Positions 26,130-38,632 of a stretch of 64,000 nt of DNA are shown here, piece by piece. The first letter of the stretch is position 1. Every line of letters begins with the position of its first letter. Made by a program: the position numbers and the translations under genes. The notes under the pieces were generated by a model, which saw only the letters and a list, made by a program, of their open reading frames with translations, made no database searches and was not told where the DNA came from. Source of the stretch: Magallana gigas (Eukaryota); the NCBI RefSeq assembly GCF_963853765.1, contig NC_088854.1, positions 22,506,001 to 22,570,000 of the forward strand, written 5' to 3'.

Positions 26130-26173
26130 TTACCTGCAAAAATGAGTTGGGTTACAAGAAATAGCCCCAACAT
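23534..26173 (-). CDS. Gene C: 12-Cys type-I TM protein, about 374 aa
   Basis: Exons 26173-26134 (MLGLFLVTQLIFA), 25908-25731 (CQLPEDLRGVW), 25509-25286, 25155-24970, 24689-24574, 24378-24270, 24026-24003 (microexon DTCQPTTQ) and 23781-23534 (TM WAIYFAIVVCIIIIIGFIFIII). All GT-AG and in phase. Confidence 0.85.
26090..26126. repeat. (GA)n microsatellite just inside intron 1 of gene C
   Basis: Pure run starting a few nt after the exon-1 donor. Confidence 0.98.
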
Positions 26174-27472
26174 TTTAATCTTTCTCGATGATTACGCCAC
26201 AGTTTACATAATTTGCAGACCTTTTGCAAAATAAAAAAAACTAAAATGTAATAGACGTAAGCAGAGCAGATATTTTCCTGTTGTCATGTAAAACATGAGT
26301 AGTCCCATAGGCGAGTTATTGTGTTGGAAGGACAATGCATAATACACACAGGGAAGGGTTAAAAGTACCCAGTACACATTCATTTTCAAACAATCCATGC
26401 ATAGTGATTGAACTGATTAAGATAAAAAAACTTCTTTGTATGTCTAAAACATAAGTTATTACGAACTGCCATTTTACTTTTCGTTATTTACCTTTCTCAA
26501 TTCCCAAGTAGACGTCCCAAAAACCAATTAAAACTGTCGCTTAATTCCGAAGCTGCACACACCGCATGAAAAATATCACCAACCGTTATTTATTAAAAAC
26601 TTATATTAAAGTTCGAACCTTACATCTATTGAAAAACCGTGTGTACTTTCGTTCATTTTAATGGATCGAGGTTCGGCTATTCAGTTTGGTGAAAGCCTGT
26701 TTATGCAAAAGCAAATTAATCGATTAGGTTTAAAGGGAAGATAAATGAAAGCATGCCCGTATTGTTGTGGGCAAGGCTGCAAGGGGGTATGAATTGCAGA
26801 ATTAAATCCCTGAACAACGAAAATTGAATTAAAAAACGATAAGGAGAAGACAGACAATTAAACGACTTTGTATTGCAATGTGTCTGACTGATGGGGATCG
26901 GGTAGATGCAAGAAAGGTAACTCTAAATTAGACGATTCTTCTAAAGTCATGTGGTTAGACCGCTTAGTTCAACTTCTATTGAGGGAGAGCTAGAAATAGT
27001 TTCGTGACCCAAACTATGATTTTCATTAATCGATCGGGATTTTTCATCATCGTATTGAACTACTAGTATTTCATATTGAAAATGACCAACGTTCTCTTCA
27101 CAAGCCACCATTCAAAGTCCCCAAAATTGTATGTTCCAATGTCCCGGTCCCTTGGGGGACACACTTAATACATGCGATCGAAAAAAAATAAATAAAAAAA
27201 TAAAGCATGTGTTGATGCATACATGTATATTTTATTGACTATATATTTCTACATACCAACACAATGTAATAATCATCGCAAAAACTGTTGAACTACTATT
27301 TACTATTTATAATAACGCATTGAAAAATTATTACTGGAGCTAAATTAAAAACATTAAAAAGTTATTAAATATTCAGTTAAATTAAATTAAGGAATAAATT
27401 AATGTTAGAAATGTTGTATATATATTTTTAATAAACATTTTTAAACGACCGAGAATTCTTCACAAAAAGTTT

Positions 27473-30400
27473 CTAACAAGATTCTGATCCGAACGAGACA
27501 TCGTCATCATCTGTACTGAGGATGGAAATTGTGGAGAACGGACTTCTCGCCCGAAATATGGCGGAATCGAAGCTATACAGGCTTATCCCGTCCGGTCGTC
27601 TGGGCATCCGGCCTCTCATATAATCCACGATACTGTCTGTGTAGATACACGTGATCTTTGGAGGTGGGTGAATCGAAAACTCGTCAGTACTGAAGCCTGG
27701 TTTGAACAAAGGTACAATTTGAATTGCTCGTTTTGGTCTAAAATAATTAACAGGTCTAGGAGAGTTGATCATAAGGGATTTCTTGGGATCAAAGTGTTGA
27801 AGTCCCACTTTTTCTCCCTTTCGAATGTCAATAGGTTTTTCTTCTTTTTTCTTCTTAAGGTAGAGTTTTAGACGTTTAGTCAGCATTACAATGACGACGA
27901 CCAAGAAAATTATAAATAATCCTAATAATATGAATAGGTAGTTCAAATCAGCAACAAATGGAGCTTCAGTCGTGGCTGAAAAAAATTCAAAACACAAATA
28001 TTATGTGTTTTTTATTTTTTACGATGATTTCGAGACGAAAATTACAATGATAAGACTTACGTACTGGGGAGTATAATTTGACAGGTGTCTGAAAAATCAT
28101 AAATTTTGGTGATTAGCTTTATCATAATATGCTTTTGATTTATCATCATTTCAACGATATTCATATGTAAAATGCCTAATGCACCTGTTATATCCTTTAA
28201 TTCAGCGGATGAACTTGTTGATGGATAGGCTGTAAAATTTACGGAATTTCCACAAAAATTTGGTTTCTCTTCTAAGAATACAGTTCCATTCATGTAGTTT
28301 GTAATTTTCTGCAAATATTAGAAAGGCATCAACATGCTTAAAAAAATCGACGAATTTGTCACAAGTGCACTTCCTTTAAATTAATATAAATTAATATATA
28401 ACACTGCATTTGAAAAAAGGTGTATTTTTATTTTCATGTTTGTCGCGATATGCTCGCAATATGCTGTTTTATTTTTAGCTTTAAGTTTTTATTTTATCTT
28501 GATCCTACAAACAGAATATGACTCACAAAACAGGAGAATCTGTATGTGGATGAAGTCAACGTATCATCGTTGTTCCACACTGATAAATACAACTGACTGT
28601 CAACAGTCTTTGAGAAGATGCAGGTGTAGATGCCTCCATCTGAATAACATTAAAAAAACCACAAGTAACCATGTCAATACCCAGATAGCCTGGAGAAAAT
28701 AAAAAAAAAATTAAAAGTTATTATCATAATTAATAATATTTCGGAAAATAAACTAGAATCAGTCGCTGCTCTAAACACAATATTTCACCTGAAAGTGTTT
28801 TCTCGGTACAATCTCCTTGCGTAAAGTTGAGCATGGTTTTGTTAGTACAGCCGTCCATTTCCGCCGTCACACAGTTTTCTGTTGTCCCCGAGTGACTTGT
28901 AAATGTGATATTACTGTAGACCATCTGTAAGGCATCGGGACAGAGGGTCTGTATGGCGTCATCTTCCACGGCATCTGACAGACAAATGTTATTGTTAATG
29001 AATATTTCATTTGATTTGATTTTTTTAAATATGAGGATTTGGTATTTGATCCATTTTCTTAATTGATCATGTAAAATCCGCCTACTGTAGTATGTTCATT
29101 AAATGCGTTGCAATTTGCAAAGTTGAGTAGATGTTGTTTTCATAATTTTTTTTATCTAAATTAATTATCTATATAAATGTTGATATCAACAACCGGAAAG
29201 GTTGTTTATCACGTGTGAAAACCTACAGCAGCAGTATTGTATACAACATAGTATTATGATGTCCATTGTTAAGTACGTACGTAAGACAAACTTTACAAAA
29301 AATACTATAGTTATATAGTAGTTTATACCTTTACGTAACAGTACAATGAAGTTTGACGGATCTATGTAGCTTCTAGTGCAGATATTTTCATATGAGTTTG
29401 ATTTGTCCTCCGCAATCCCGACCATATTTTCACGGATAAGAGTATCTACAGCTATTCAAAACGTTTCATTCAAGAAAGTGTAACAACAAATGAAACTTTT
29501 ACACGTACAAAAGAAATCAAACCACAATCTCAATAAAAAAAAACCCAGTTGTTTTCTATTTAAGTCATCAACAAAATAAACCAAACATTAATTGAGACTT
29601 GAATTAGACAATGTTTCTATTTCATTTATTTGGACATTGTTAGTTCTATTGTCCTACCTTTGAATACACTGTTATATATTATACATATATATACCTGTTG
29701 CGTGGTAGTAATAGTTCAGCTGGTCATTGACATTGTAGATATCCAGGCAAATGTAAAAGAAGACGTTGGTTCCAAATAACACATTGAAATTCATTGACCT
29801 GAAAATTTATTAATATATAGAACATACAATTTAAACTTATGAAGGAAGTATGATTTTATGACCTTTTTAAACAACGATGCAAGAGGGTTTGATATTAAGA
29901 CACAAAGTTGGCGCTTCAATATAACGACCTGTCAAGAAATAAATTTTCTTTTTCTCGAACTCGCCATCATCCACTACGACACATTACAGGGGTTCAATTC
30001 TCATTTCGGACGTTTTTTTCCTCTAATTAAGGACAGAAACAGTTTAAAGTCACTTCACTTAAATAGTAGGGGAGATAAATACATTGTCGCATGTTGAATA
30101 TAGACACGCGCAAACATGAATATGGTTTTAAGAAACACAATTGACATGTGTTACCTTATAGTGAAGCGGTTTGCGTTGACTTTGGTCAGACATGTAAAAT
30201 TATAGTACTCTATGGTGGGGTTGTTTGGGTCGGCGGAGGGGATGTAGACCTTGTAATTATAGATGGAATCCGTTGTAATGGACAAACTGCCTCTCTCTGC
30301 ACTCGTCCATTCTCCCATTAAATAAGTCGGAAATGTACAAGTTCCATCTAAGAGAATATTAACAAAGTTGCAACTGTTAGTAAGCAGGGTTCAAAGTATA

Positions 30401-31334
30401 AAACTCATCCTAAGTCCAAAAAGAGAGTATGAATAAGCCGTACCTACATGTATATGTGAAGATAATTATACAAATCTACATTGTGCGATGAACTAATAAT
30501 ATCGTAGCATCGGTATAACAAAAATACACACGAGAAGTTTACAAAAATACGATTAGGAAATGCATGTACACCTTAGAGCATATTGGATACGACGTCAAAG
30601 TTTTAAACGTCCATTTAAATGTACATTATACTCGTTCTCAAATCATTTTTCACCATATTTGGTGTGCATTTGCGTCTGATTTAAAAAAAATGGTTGATAT
30701 TGTTCTAAACTATTCGAATGTTTAATTTTCTGTCCATTTTAAACGTCCATTTAAATGTACATTATACTCGTTCTCAAATCATTTTTCACCATATTTGGAG
30801 TGCATTTGCGTTTGATTTAAAAAAAAAATGGTTGATATTGTTCTTAACTATTCGAATGTTTAATTTTCTGTCGATGTTACATTGTACTTTTATTATACGT
30901 CAATTTTAGCCATACCACCATCCTTCGGTGTTTCAAAAACCCTTGATATTACAAACAACAAAAATTTTACCCCAAAAACATTTAAAAAGAACGCAAATTG
31001 TAGTAAAAAATGGTACAATAATCATTTTTTTCCAATGAAATTTTGTTAAGGTTGAGGTCAGATTTTCCTAATTTCTAAGTTCACAAAGAAATTAATAAAA
31101 AAAAAACCCGTGTTTTAATTTAACATAAATATGAATTAATTTATTATATTTTACGCGAATCTTTTAAATATTTTTTAAAGTAAACATTAGAATGCCTACA
31201 AAAATTATTCTTACGCGGCGTTACAGATTTTAAATTAAATTAATATATAAAGAAACTATTTTACCTGAATATGGAATACCTAATCCCAAAATTAGCAATC
31301 GAATTAACGAGCATTTAATGAAAAGAAAATTCAT
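27473..31334 (-). CDS. Gene D: 12-Cys type-I TM protein, about 479 aa; possible 316-aa secreted isoform
   Basis: Exons 31334-31265 (MNFLFIKCSLIRLLILGLGIPYS), 30347-30155 (CTFPTYLMGEW), 29798-29695 (104 nt as in B), 29451-29329, 28974-28789, 28639-28527 (YLSVWNND), 28308-28185, 28088-28065 (microexon DTCQIILP) and 27975-27473 (TM YLFILLGLFIIFLVVVIVML). The first exon is the least certain. Confidence 0.85.
30601..30872 (+). repeat. Tandem duplication, 2 x about 136 bp
   Basis: Unit TTTTAAACGTCCATTTAAATGTACATTATACTCG... starts at 30601 and again at 30737 with few differences; lies in intron 1 of gene D. Confidence 0.9.
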
Positions 31335-33610
31335 TGCTACAATATTCATGATGCTTGAAACTTTTTCCGTAGCCACAGTCACAATTTCGGTGGCAAAACA
31401 CGAAAAAGGATAAATATGCAAACCTTTGTAGTTATTAGCAACAGGTTGATACAAACATATTTCTTCTCTGGACACCCTTTGTTTCATCGGTTCAACGATA
31501 CGGTTCTTTTCACCAGCAACAAACTCTCTTTGTTTAAATCTAGGTACGTTGGTTTCAACTTACAAGTCAATGTAGCCATAAAGGCATATCAAACTATAAA
31601 TAAACTTACACCAAGGAAGGTGAATTTATCAGATCGTTTTCCAGAAGGTGGTAAAACAGTTTGGACACTGATGAATAACTGAATCTATATAATGAATCGT
31701 CACATGCCCCATCAATAGTTGTTGAACAGTTAGATTTTTATTTTTATTTTGTATCTCTTATCATTTTCAGAGGTTTTTCATGAAACGCATCTGGTTGCAG
31801 TCGCAAATGAGATGTCTATTATTATCACAATACTTGCTCATGGAGACACATATACATTGCCTGCTGCCTAATCCAGTTGTGTAAATATATATTTGCATAA
31901 TAAAATATGTTCAAATTAAATCAACAATACTTGCTCTTGTGAATATGCAAATCCCAGTATGAAAAAATACATCTTCTATTTGTACTTAAGAAAAAATTAT
32001 CAACCCTCAGAAAGAGAGTAGTATAAAGTTTCATTATTTTCACTAAGAGGATATGTTCATGACTGATGAGCCTCTCAAATAGTTGTCTCAAACTAGTACT
32101 ACATGTATATATACATGTTACTAGTACTAAATGTACATGTCACAGCTTGTATGAAAATTTACATACATGTACTTTAAAATGTTTTGTAGGTTTGTGCTGT
32201 CTAAAACCATTGGATAGTCAAAGTACATATATTCGTCTTTGTACAGTCGAAGATCTTAAAATTTGAACAATTTGATGGTCTGGTGTGGAAAGAGCAACAT
32301 TTAAATAGACACATATATTAATTAAGCTAACGTTCTCTCTTAGACAACTAGAAATATATGAACTTCTATAGCTTTACCTTCAACTATTGAACTTCGCACT
32401 TTGCAAAGTAATAACATGTGTTTGTTGTTTTTTCTTATGTTAAAATCAAAATAAACGGAATAGTGAACTTTGAACGTTTTGCTATGTGAATAGAGAGGAA
32501 ACGGGAAATAACAACTGATTGGTTATCATAAATGTCAAGAGCGTTAAGTACAATTTTTGTTTCACAACATATTTCTGATATATCTGACATCAGCCATTGG
32601 CATATAATTTTGGTTTAGGAAGAATTTATTGAAATAGATGATATGGTGATTTAGTACGAGCGTTAAAAAACCAACGAAAACTTTTCTATTTTAAAGCTAT
32701 TTAAAAGAAAAAGGATTTTTTTTCTCAAAAAAATAGTAATTGTTTATTGTTTAAAACGTTAGGAACCGAAAGGGTAAAACAATATAAACCAGCAATAATT
32801 ACATGTATGGATAAAAAGGGCGTGTGATTTACTGTATCATTTCATGAGTCAGGATTCTGAACTGAACAAAACAAACAAAGCGTTTGGTGTAAGATTTCCT
32901 TTGAACAAGTAGAGGGTACAAATAAAATATTTATAAAAAATTAAAACAAAAATGTTAAACGATTTTATTAGATACATACATTACCATATATATGGCTACA
33001 GAAATACATATCAGAAGCAGTTCCAATACATCTTAATAAATATTATATTTAATGAACACACCTATTACGAAACGAAACCCTATGTTCTTTTTTTAATTTT
33101 ATAATATACAGATTGCGGAATAATCTAATAGTCAGAAATTACGTTTTACAGAAACTGATATTGAAATCAAACCAGTAACTTTTATTTTTAAAGTATGATA
33201 ATATTTTTGATATTGAAGATTATAAATCTGTTTCTGATCAAGGCAAAATATATCGATCCTTATATAATGGATCTAATCTTATTTCCATATTCCAAACAAA
33301 TTCAAAATTACCATATGACATGATAGATACTTGTGTATGGTTTATTTTGGAGCATTTTCAACTATTTTTAAACGAATCATTCTTGATGTACTCTTTCCTG
33401 AATTGGAATTTTCTGGATGATTTCCGCATGATTTACCAATCATGAAAACAACATAAAAATGCAATTGACAGCCTGAACCTAGATCCTATTAAAAATAAAC
33501 ATTTTTGGTCAGTTATATAAGAAATACTTATTGTGATAGTTCATTGTTCAGTTTGAATAAATAATGACGAGACTAGCTTAAACCAGAAATTACTCATACA
33601 TTCTAGAGAT

Positions 33611-33645
33611 ATCACGTGATCAAAACACGCACGTATATATATAAG
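33611..33645 (+). promoter_or_regulatory. Candidate core promoter of gene F: E-box palindrome ATCACGTGAT + TATA-like TATATATATAAG
   Basis: Motifs at 33611-33620 and 33634-33645, about 33 nt before the ATG. Motif match only. Confidence 0.35.
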
Positions 33646-33677
33646 CAGCGGATATGGAAACTTATTCAACAGTCAAA

Positions 33678-34771
33678 ATGAATATCAACACAGAGAACCT
33701 TGTTGCAATTATTTCTAAGCTACAGTACGATTTGGATGTCACTAGGCGAAAGCTACAAGAGGTTTCAGCAGAAAAGGACAATGCATTAAGCAGGTAAAAT
33801 TGTGTACTGATATGTTAAAAAGATTTATCTCTCTTTTGCTGTTCACTGAACAGGGTTTTTAAATGCAATGTCATTTTGTTTAGGTTGAGCTCCATCGCTA
33901 GTGCAAAACTAACCTACAACAACCCAAACATAGCCGACCTGTCTGACAGGAACAGACCCCAGAAACTTGGGGAAATGTTCGGTGAGCTGTACGACAATGA
34001 ATGGACGGACGCAGTCGATCGTCTCACGGACATCATGGAGGAGAAGAAAGCTATCATACTGCTGAGAGATGTCCTCCAATATATCTATGAGAAAACGAAA
34101 AAGGCATCAGAAGACCAGTATCGTAATCTCCAAAATGCCTTATTTCAGGTAATTTGTGAGAATAAAAATGGCATCTACTGTTATTTTATAAGAAACTGTG
34201 TGTTTTTACGTGTTTTTGAAACAAATGAAAAAAAAATTAAAAAGTTTTCTTGTTTTCCAGAGGGACTTGAGGAATTCGGAAATGAAGAACTTCATTCCTA
34301 TATACAAGAAAATAGGTGAAATGCAAAAGGAAGTGGCAGCAATTTCCATTGATAACACAAAGCAGGTAAACAGAACACAATCTTAACCTTTCTTGAATAC
34401 CCGTCATAGAAAAATTAGATTTAATTAAGAGTATTTTAATGACATACTAATTCTTTCTCATTATTTAGGCCTTAAGAATTGATTCGGATTTCATGCTGCC
34501 GTTCGAAAGTGTTATTCTTTACGGTGAACCTTATGTAGACAGATGTGTAGAACTGTGCTGGAGAATGCATATTCAGGACCCTCCCATGATTCTGGACTTT
34601 AGTAGTTCATCAGAAATTGTGGACAAAACCATGTTCAGACTTTTCACACGAAGTGGAGAATACGTGGACTTTGTTGTCTGGCCTGCTCTGTTACTGCACG
34701 AGAATGGCCCTCTTGTCCAGAAAGGCGTTGTGCAACCTTTGAAGTCAAAATCAACGCTTAAATCTCATTAA
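33678..34771 (+). CDS. SPATA18-like: Gene F: short coiled coil + MIEAP-like domain, 262 aa
   Basis: Exons 33678-33793, 33884-34148, 34261-34365 and 34469-34771. Motifs NPNIADLSDRNRPQKLGEMFGELYDNEWTDA and CVELCWRMHIQDPP...FVVWPALL...GPLVQKGVV are typical of the MIEAP C-terminal domain. Confidence 0.9.
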
Positions 34772-35176
34772 CCTTCAGACAGTTAACATTTCCTTTTACA
34801 GTACCGAGTTATATATGTTGGAACTTGAAAGATCAAAGTCATCTCAACCGTGTAATGTTTACATGTACATCTAGAATTTTTACACTCTAGATTGATGAGG
34901 AAAATTGTTGAGGTTCTTGTCAACCGACTAGCAAACACGCAATCGGCAAAACGACAAGCGCCAATTACATATATAATCAGCTGCAATATTCTAATAATGT
35001 GCCAAACCATAATATTAATATTTTTAGTTTTGTTATTTTGATATGCTATTGTTAAAATTGTTTCCTTGTTGTTGAATAAAAAAAAAATTACAGTTGGTTT
35101 TGTGGTTGATCTTTTGATGTTTTTTGCTCACTATAATCGGGTACATTTCGCCCCTTCTTAATAGCTGCAGGTTTGT

Positions 35177-35744
35177 AGCACCCGGTCTGAAAAAACTCGG
35201 ATAGACGACCTTGGAGCTACAGTGCCTCCCATAGAGCTACAGTGCCTCCCATAGTAAAAATCTGCAATTCACGGGGCACAAAAAATTGCGCTAGTTTTGG
35301 ACTGATTAACCTTATTTCCGAACACATTCTTTACAAATATTCGATTTCAAAATAATCCTCAGACATTCTACTACAGACATGAACATTTTACTTACCCCTG
35401 ATTTCTATTAAACACCATCACCAGCCCTCTAAATTGAAGTGGTGCATTTTGTTTACATGTAAAAATGGCGACTCTCGAGCTAGACATGAATTAAGCATAC
35501 TTCAATTTCCAAGGTTGGTAAGCGTGTTTCAGAGAAAGTTTGAGGCAAGTAAAGTACTGATATCAGGAGTAAATTGACTGAAGAATTTAATGATACTAAT
35601 TTTTTTCACAGAATTTGTGCGAAAATAAGGTTAATCAGTCCAAAATTAGCGCAAACTTCTGTGCGCTGTAAATTGCAGATTTCTACTATGGGAGGCACAG
35701 TAGCTCCCAGGTCGTCCATCCGAATTTTTTTCAGACCGGGAGCA
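35177..35744. mobile_element. Fold-back/MITE-like element with about 140-bp diverged inverted repeats, abutting a gap
   Basis: GCACCCGGTCTGAAAAAA...GGACTGATTAACCTTATT is inverted to AATAAGGTTAATCAGTCC...TTTTTTCAGACCGGGAGC. The left arm has a 20-bp internal duplication (GAGCTACAGTGCCTCCCATA). Confidence 0.7.
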
Positions 35745-35906
35745 NNNNNNNNNNNNNNNNNNNNNNNNNNNNNNNNNNNNNNNNNNNNNNNNNNNNNNNN
35801 NNNNNNNNNNNNNNNNNNNNNNNNNNNNNNNNNNNNNNNNNNNNNNNNNNNNNNNNNNNNNNNNNNNNNNNNNNNNNNNNNNNNNNNNNNNNNNNNNNNN
35901 NNNNNN
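35745..35906. other. Assembly gap (N run)
   Basis: Ns in sequence. Confidence 1.
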
Positions 35907-37039
35907 GATCACAAGTTTGGTTTCAGCCATGATCGAAATAATAAATCATGAACTGAGTGACAGGAAATTGAAACAAGTACTCCATGCCCTTTTCCGGGCG
36001 ATTACTTAAACAGGGAATAATTGTTCAATATTAGTTGCAATATTACTGATCACGAGTAATCATGGGTGATGTAATGTACCTAGAGCCACCTATGTGTTTA
36101 TAGTTCTAAATATCCACCCCACTACCTGGCGGCGTCTATCAATGAATCAGCTACTTACAATGTTTTCTACCCTATAAGCTCATATATTCACAACAATGTG
36201 CTTATACGATGACCTCTTGTGAAAATGAGACATATGTGAGTGAACCAGTTATCACTTGACCTACTAAGGATCAGCTGAGAGTTAACCATATATAGTCTTA
36301 TGACACACCTGCCTCGCCTGAGTTTAAATGGCCGAGACAAAAAGTAAGGCGAATGAACGATTACGTGTGTCTGCATTGTTGGGTGTCTCACCTGACAATT
36401 TGTAGAAGTTACAGAACTTGTGACCAATCCCACTTGTAAATTAGATCAATCAATTATGTTTAAATCAAAGAAATGATAGGAATAATCATTATAAAACACA
36501 CTTTCAGCATCGCGATGTGTCATGGTATATACTAGGAAATGAAATTCGTCAACATGAGCTACATTGTAAATACATGTACCTGAATGGTGAATATGTTGTT
36601 GTACAGACACTAAAATAAACTCTTATGCTATTTACACATTTTAAACGTGTCACTAGTATTATATTCTGCACATTATTTTGATACACTTATCATAGTTTCA
36701 AACACTGACACTAGTTTAAAATATTCTGCCCAAGCCTAAATTCATCAATGAAAAACATTTTACTTTGAATGATAATCACTAATATACAAAAGTTATACAT
36801 GTTATCTCGTATTTACAATCCTGGTTTTTAGTAACAGAATGAACAGTTTAGTACTGAACAAAATATCTTTGTTATGAAAAGAAAATTGAAAAAAAATTTA
36901 ATGATAACGAATATCATGCACACTATGTGCTGTTATGACGATGCCAAAATATTTAAAAGGATGCGTCATGGATATCGGCTTTAAATATTACGTATAACAT
37001 GTACAATATCATTTTCACGAGGAAGGTCTTACTATCACG

Positions 37040-38632
37040 ATGGCAGACATAAATAACTTGATTCTCCTCATGTCAAAGATTCAAGGGGAACTCGACGAGA
37101 CAAAACGGAAATTAAAACAAGAGGAAGCAGAAAAAGAACGCGCCTTAACTCGGTAATTGAATTTGTCAAATTTATTTTGGGCTGTGTTGAGCATTTTTTA
37201 GATATGTGTACATGACTAAGTCTTCTGTATTATATATAGCTTATTGTACACGTAATTTTTTGATTAAAAATGATATAGAAATAAATAATAAAATGTTTAA
37301 AGAAAGTAAATGCCAAATTCTTAAAGCCCAACATATAATATAATTATCGCACGTGTATCTCAAAATAATGTTATTTATAGATCAAACAAAGGTTATTATT
37401 TCTTTAAATAAACTTTTAAATGAAATTATCTTGTTCTTTGTAGACTCAGTTCCATAGCTGGGGCGAAGTTGGCTCACAATAATCCAGGACTGACTGATCT
37501 GTCGGACAAATACAGGCCGCAAAAAATCGGAGAACATTTCAGCGAACTGTACGACAATGAGTGGACGGAGGCTGTCCATCAGCTGACTGGGGACAGGGAC
37601 GAAGAAATGGCCATTCAGATGATCAGGGATGTTCTCAAGGTAGGACTCGACACTTTTTGTAATTTTATACTTAGTCTAGAACGTGTTGTATTTTTATTTA
37701 ATATTGATTATATATATTTTATTCTATCAAATGATAATTTTTACGACAAAGATACCCAATACGACATACGAGCACACGATTGTCCAATTTAAGTACTTAT
37801 CTATACGATTTATGCTTTAACACATTTATTTCAATCTACATTGTTTTTTTACTTGTATCTAAAGAAATAAAGAGTTAACGTGAGATCACATGTTCTTTTT
37901 CAGTTTGTTGCCAACAAAACGAAGTGCTGGGCTGACAAACAGTACAAGAATTTACAAGAGGCATTGTTCCAGGTATATACACCCATTGATAAGCGTTTTT
38001 CGTTTGATTATTTTTGCATGTAGGCAAATTCTTCTGATGTACGAATACAGTACTATTTCAATTATGGTTATACTTAAACTTATCATCGGCAAGATATTTT
38101 TATAAAAATTGCAGAGAGACCTGAGAGATTCAGAAGCAGGTCGCTTCATAACAACTTACAAGAAAATCTCCGAACTTCAAAAGGAGGTGGCTGTTTTATC
38201 TATATCTAATGCCAAAAAGGTAATTTTTTGGAATTTGTAGTTTTATATGTGATCAATGTTGAATGTATTGTTTTATTCACCAATATGTTACACCTGTTTT
38301 AAATCATAAAGAAACCTTTTGTGTTTTAGTGGCTGAAAGAGGACGAGGAATTCGTATCAAAGTACAAAGACGTCTTGTTACACTGTGAACCATTTATAGA
38401 CAGGAGTATAGAGGTCTGCTGGATGATGCAAATCCAAGATCCGCCCATGTATTTACAATTTGATTCAACGAAGAATATAGACAAAAGCCTGTTCAGACTC
38501 TTCACTAAAAACGGCAGAAGCCTCGATTTCGTTGTATGGCCAGCGCTCTTGCTACATGAAAATGGACCTCTTGTTCAAAAAGGTGTGGTCCAGCCAATGA
38601 AAGAGAATTCCTCTAAAAAAGAAGCATCTTAA
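37040..38632 (+). CDS. SPATA18-like: Gene G: short coiled coil + MIEAP-like domain, 261 aa
   Basis: Exons 37040-37152, 37444-37639, 37904-37972, 38115-38219 and 38330-38632. Motifs LSDKYRPQKIGEHFSELYDNEWTEA and CWMMQIQDPP...VVWPALLLHENGPLVQKGVV. Close paralog of F. Confidence 0.9.

Noticed and set aside
32375-32417. Alternative first exon for gene D (MLLLCKVRSSIVE, phase 1)
   Set aside because: Poor signal peptide; 31334-31265 gives a much better hydrophobic leader in the same phase.
35574-35951. ORFs spanning the N gaps (also 53215-53515)
   Set aside because: Artefacts of translating Ns.
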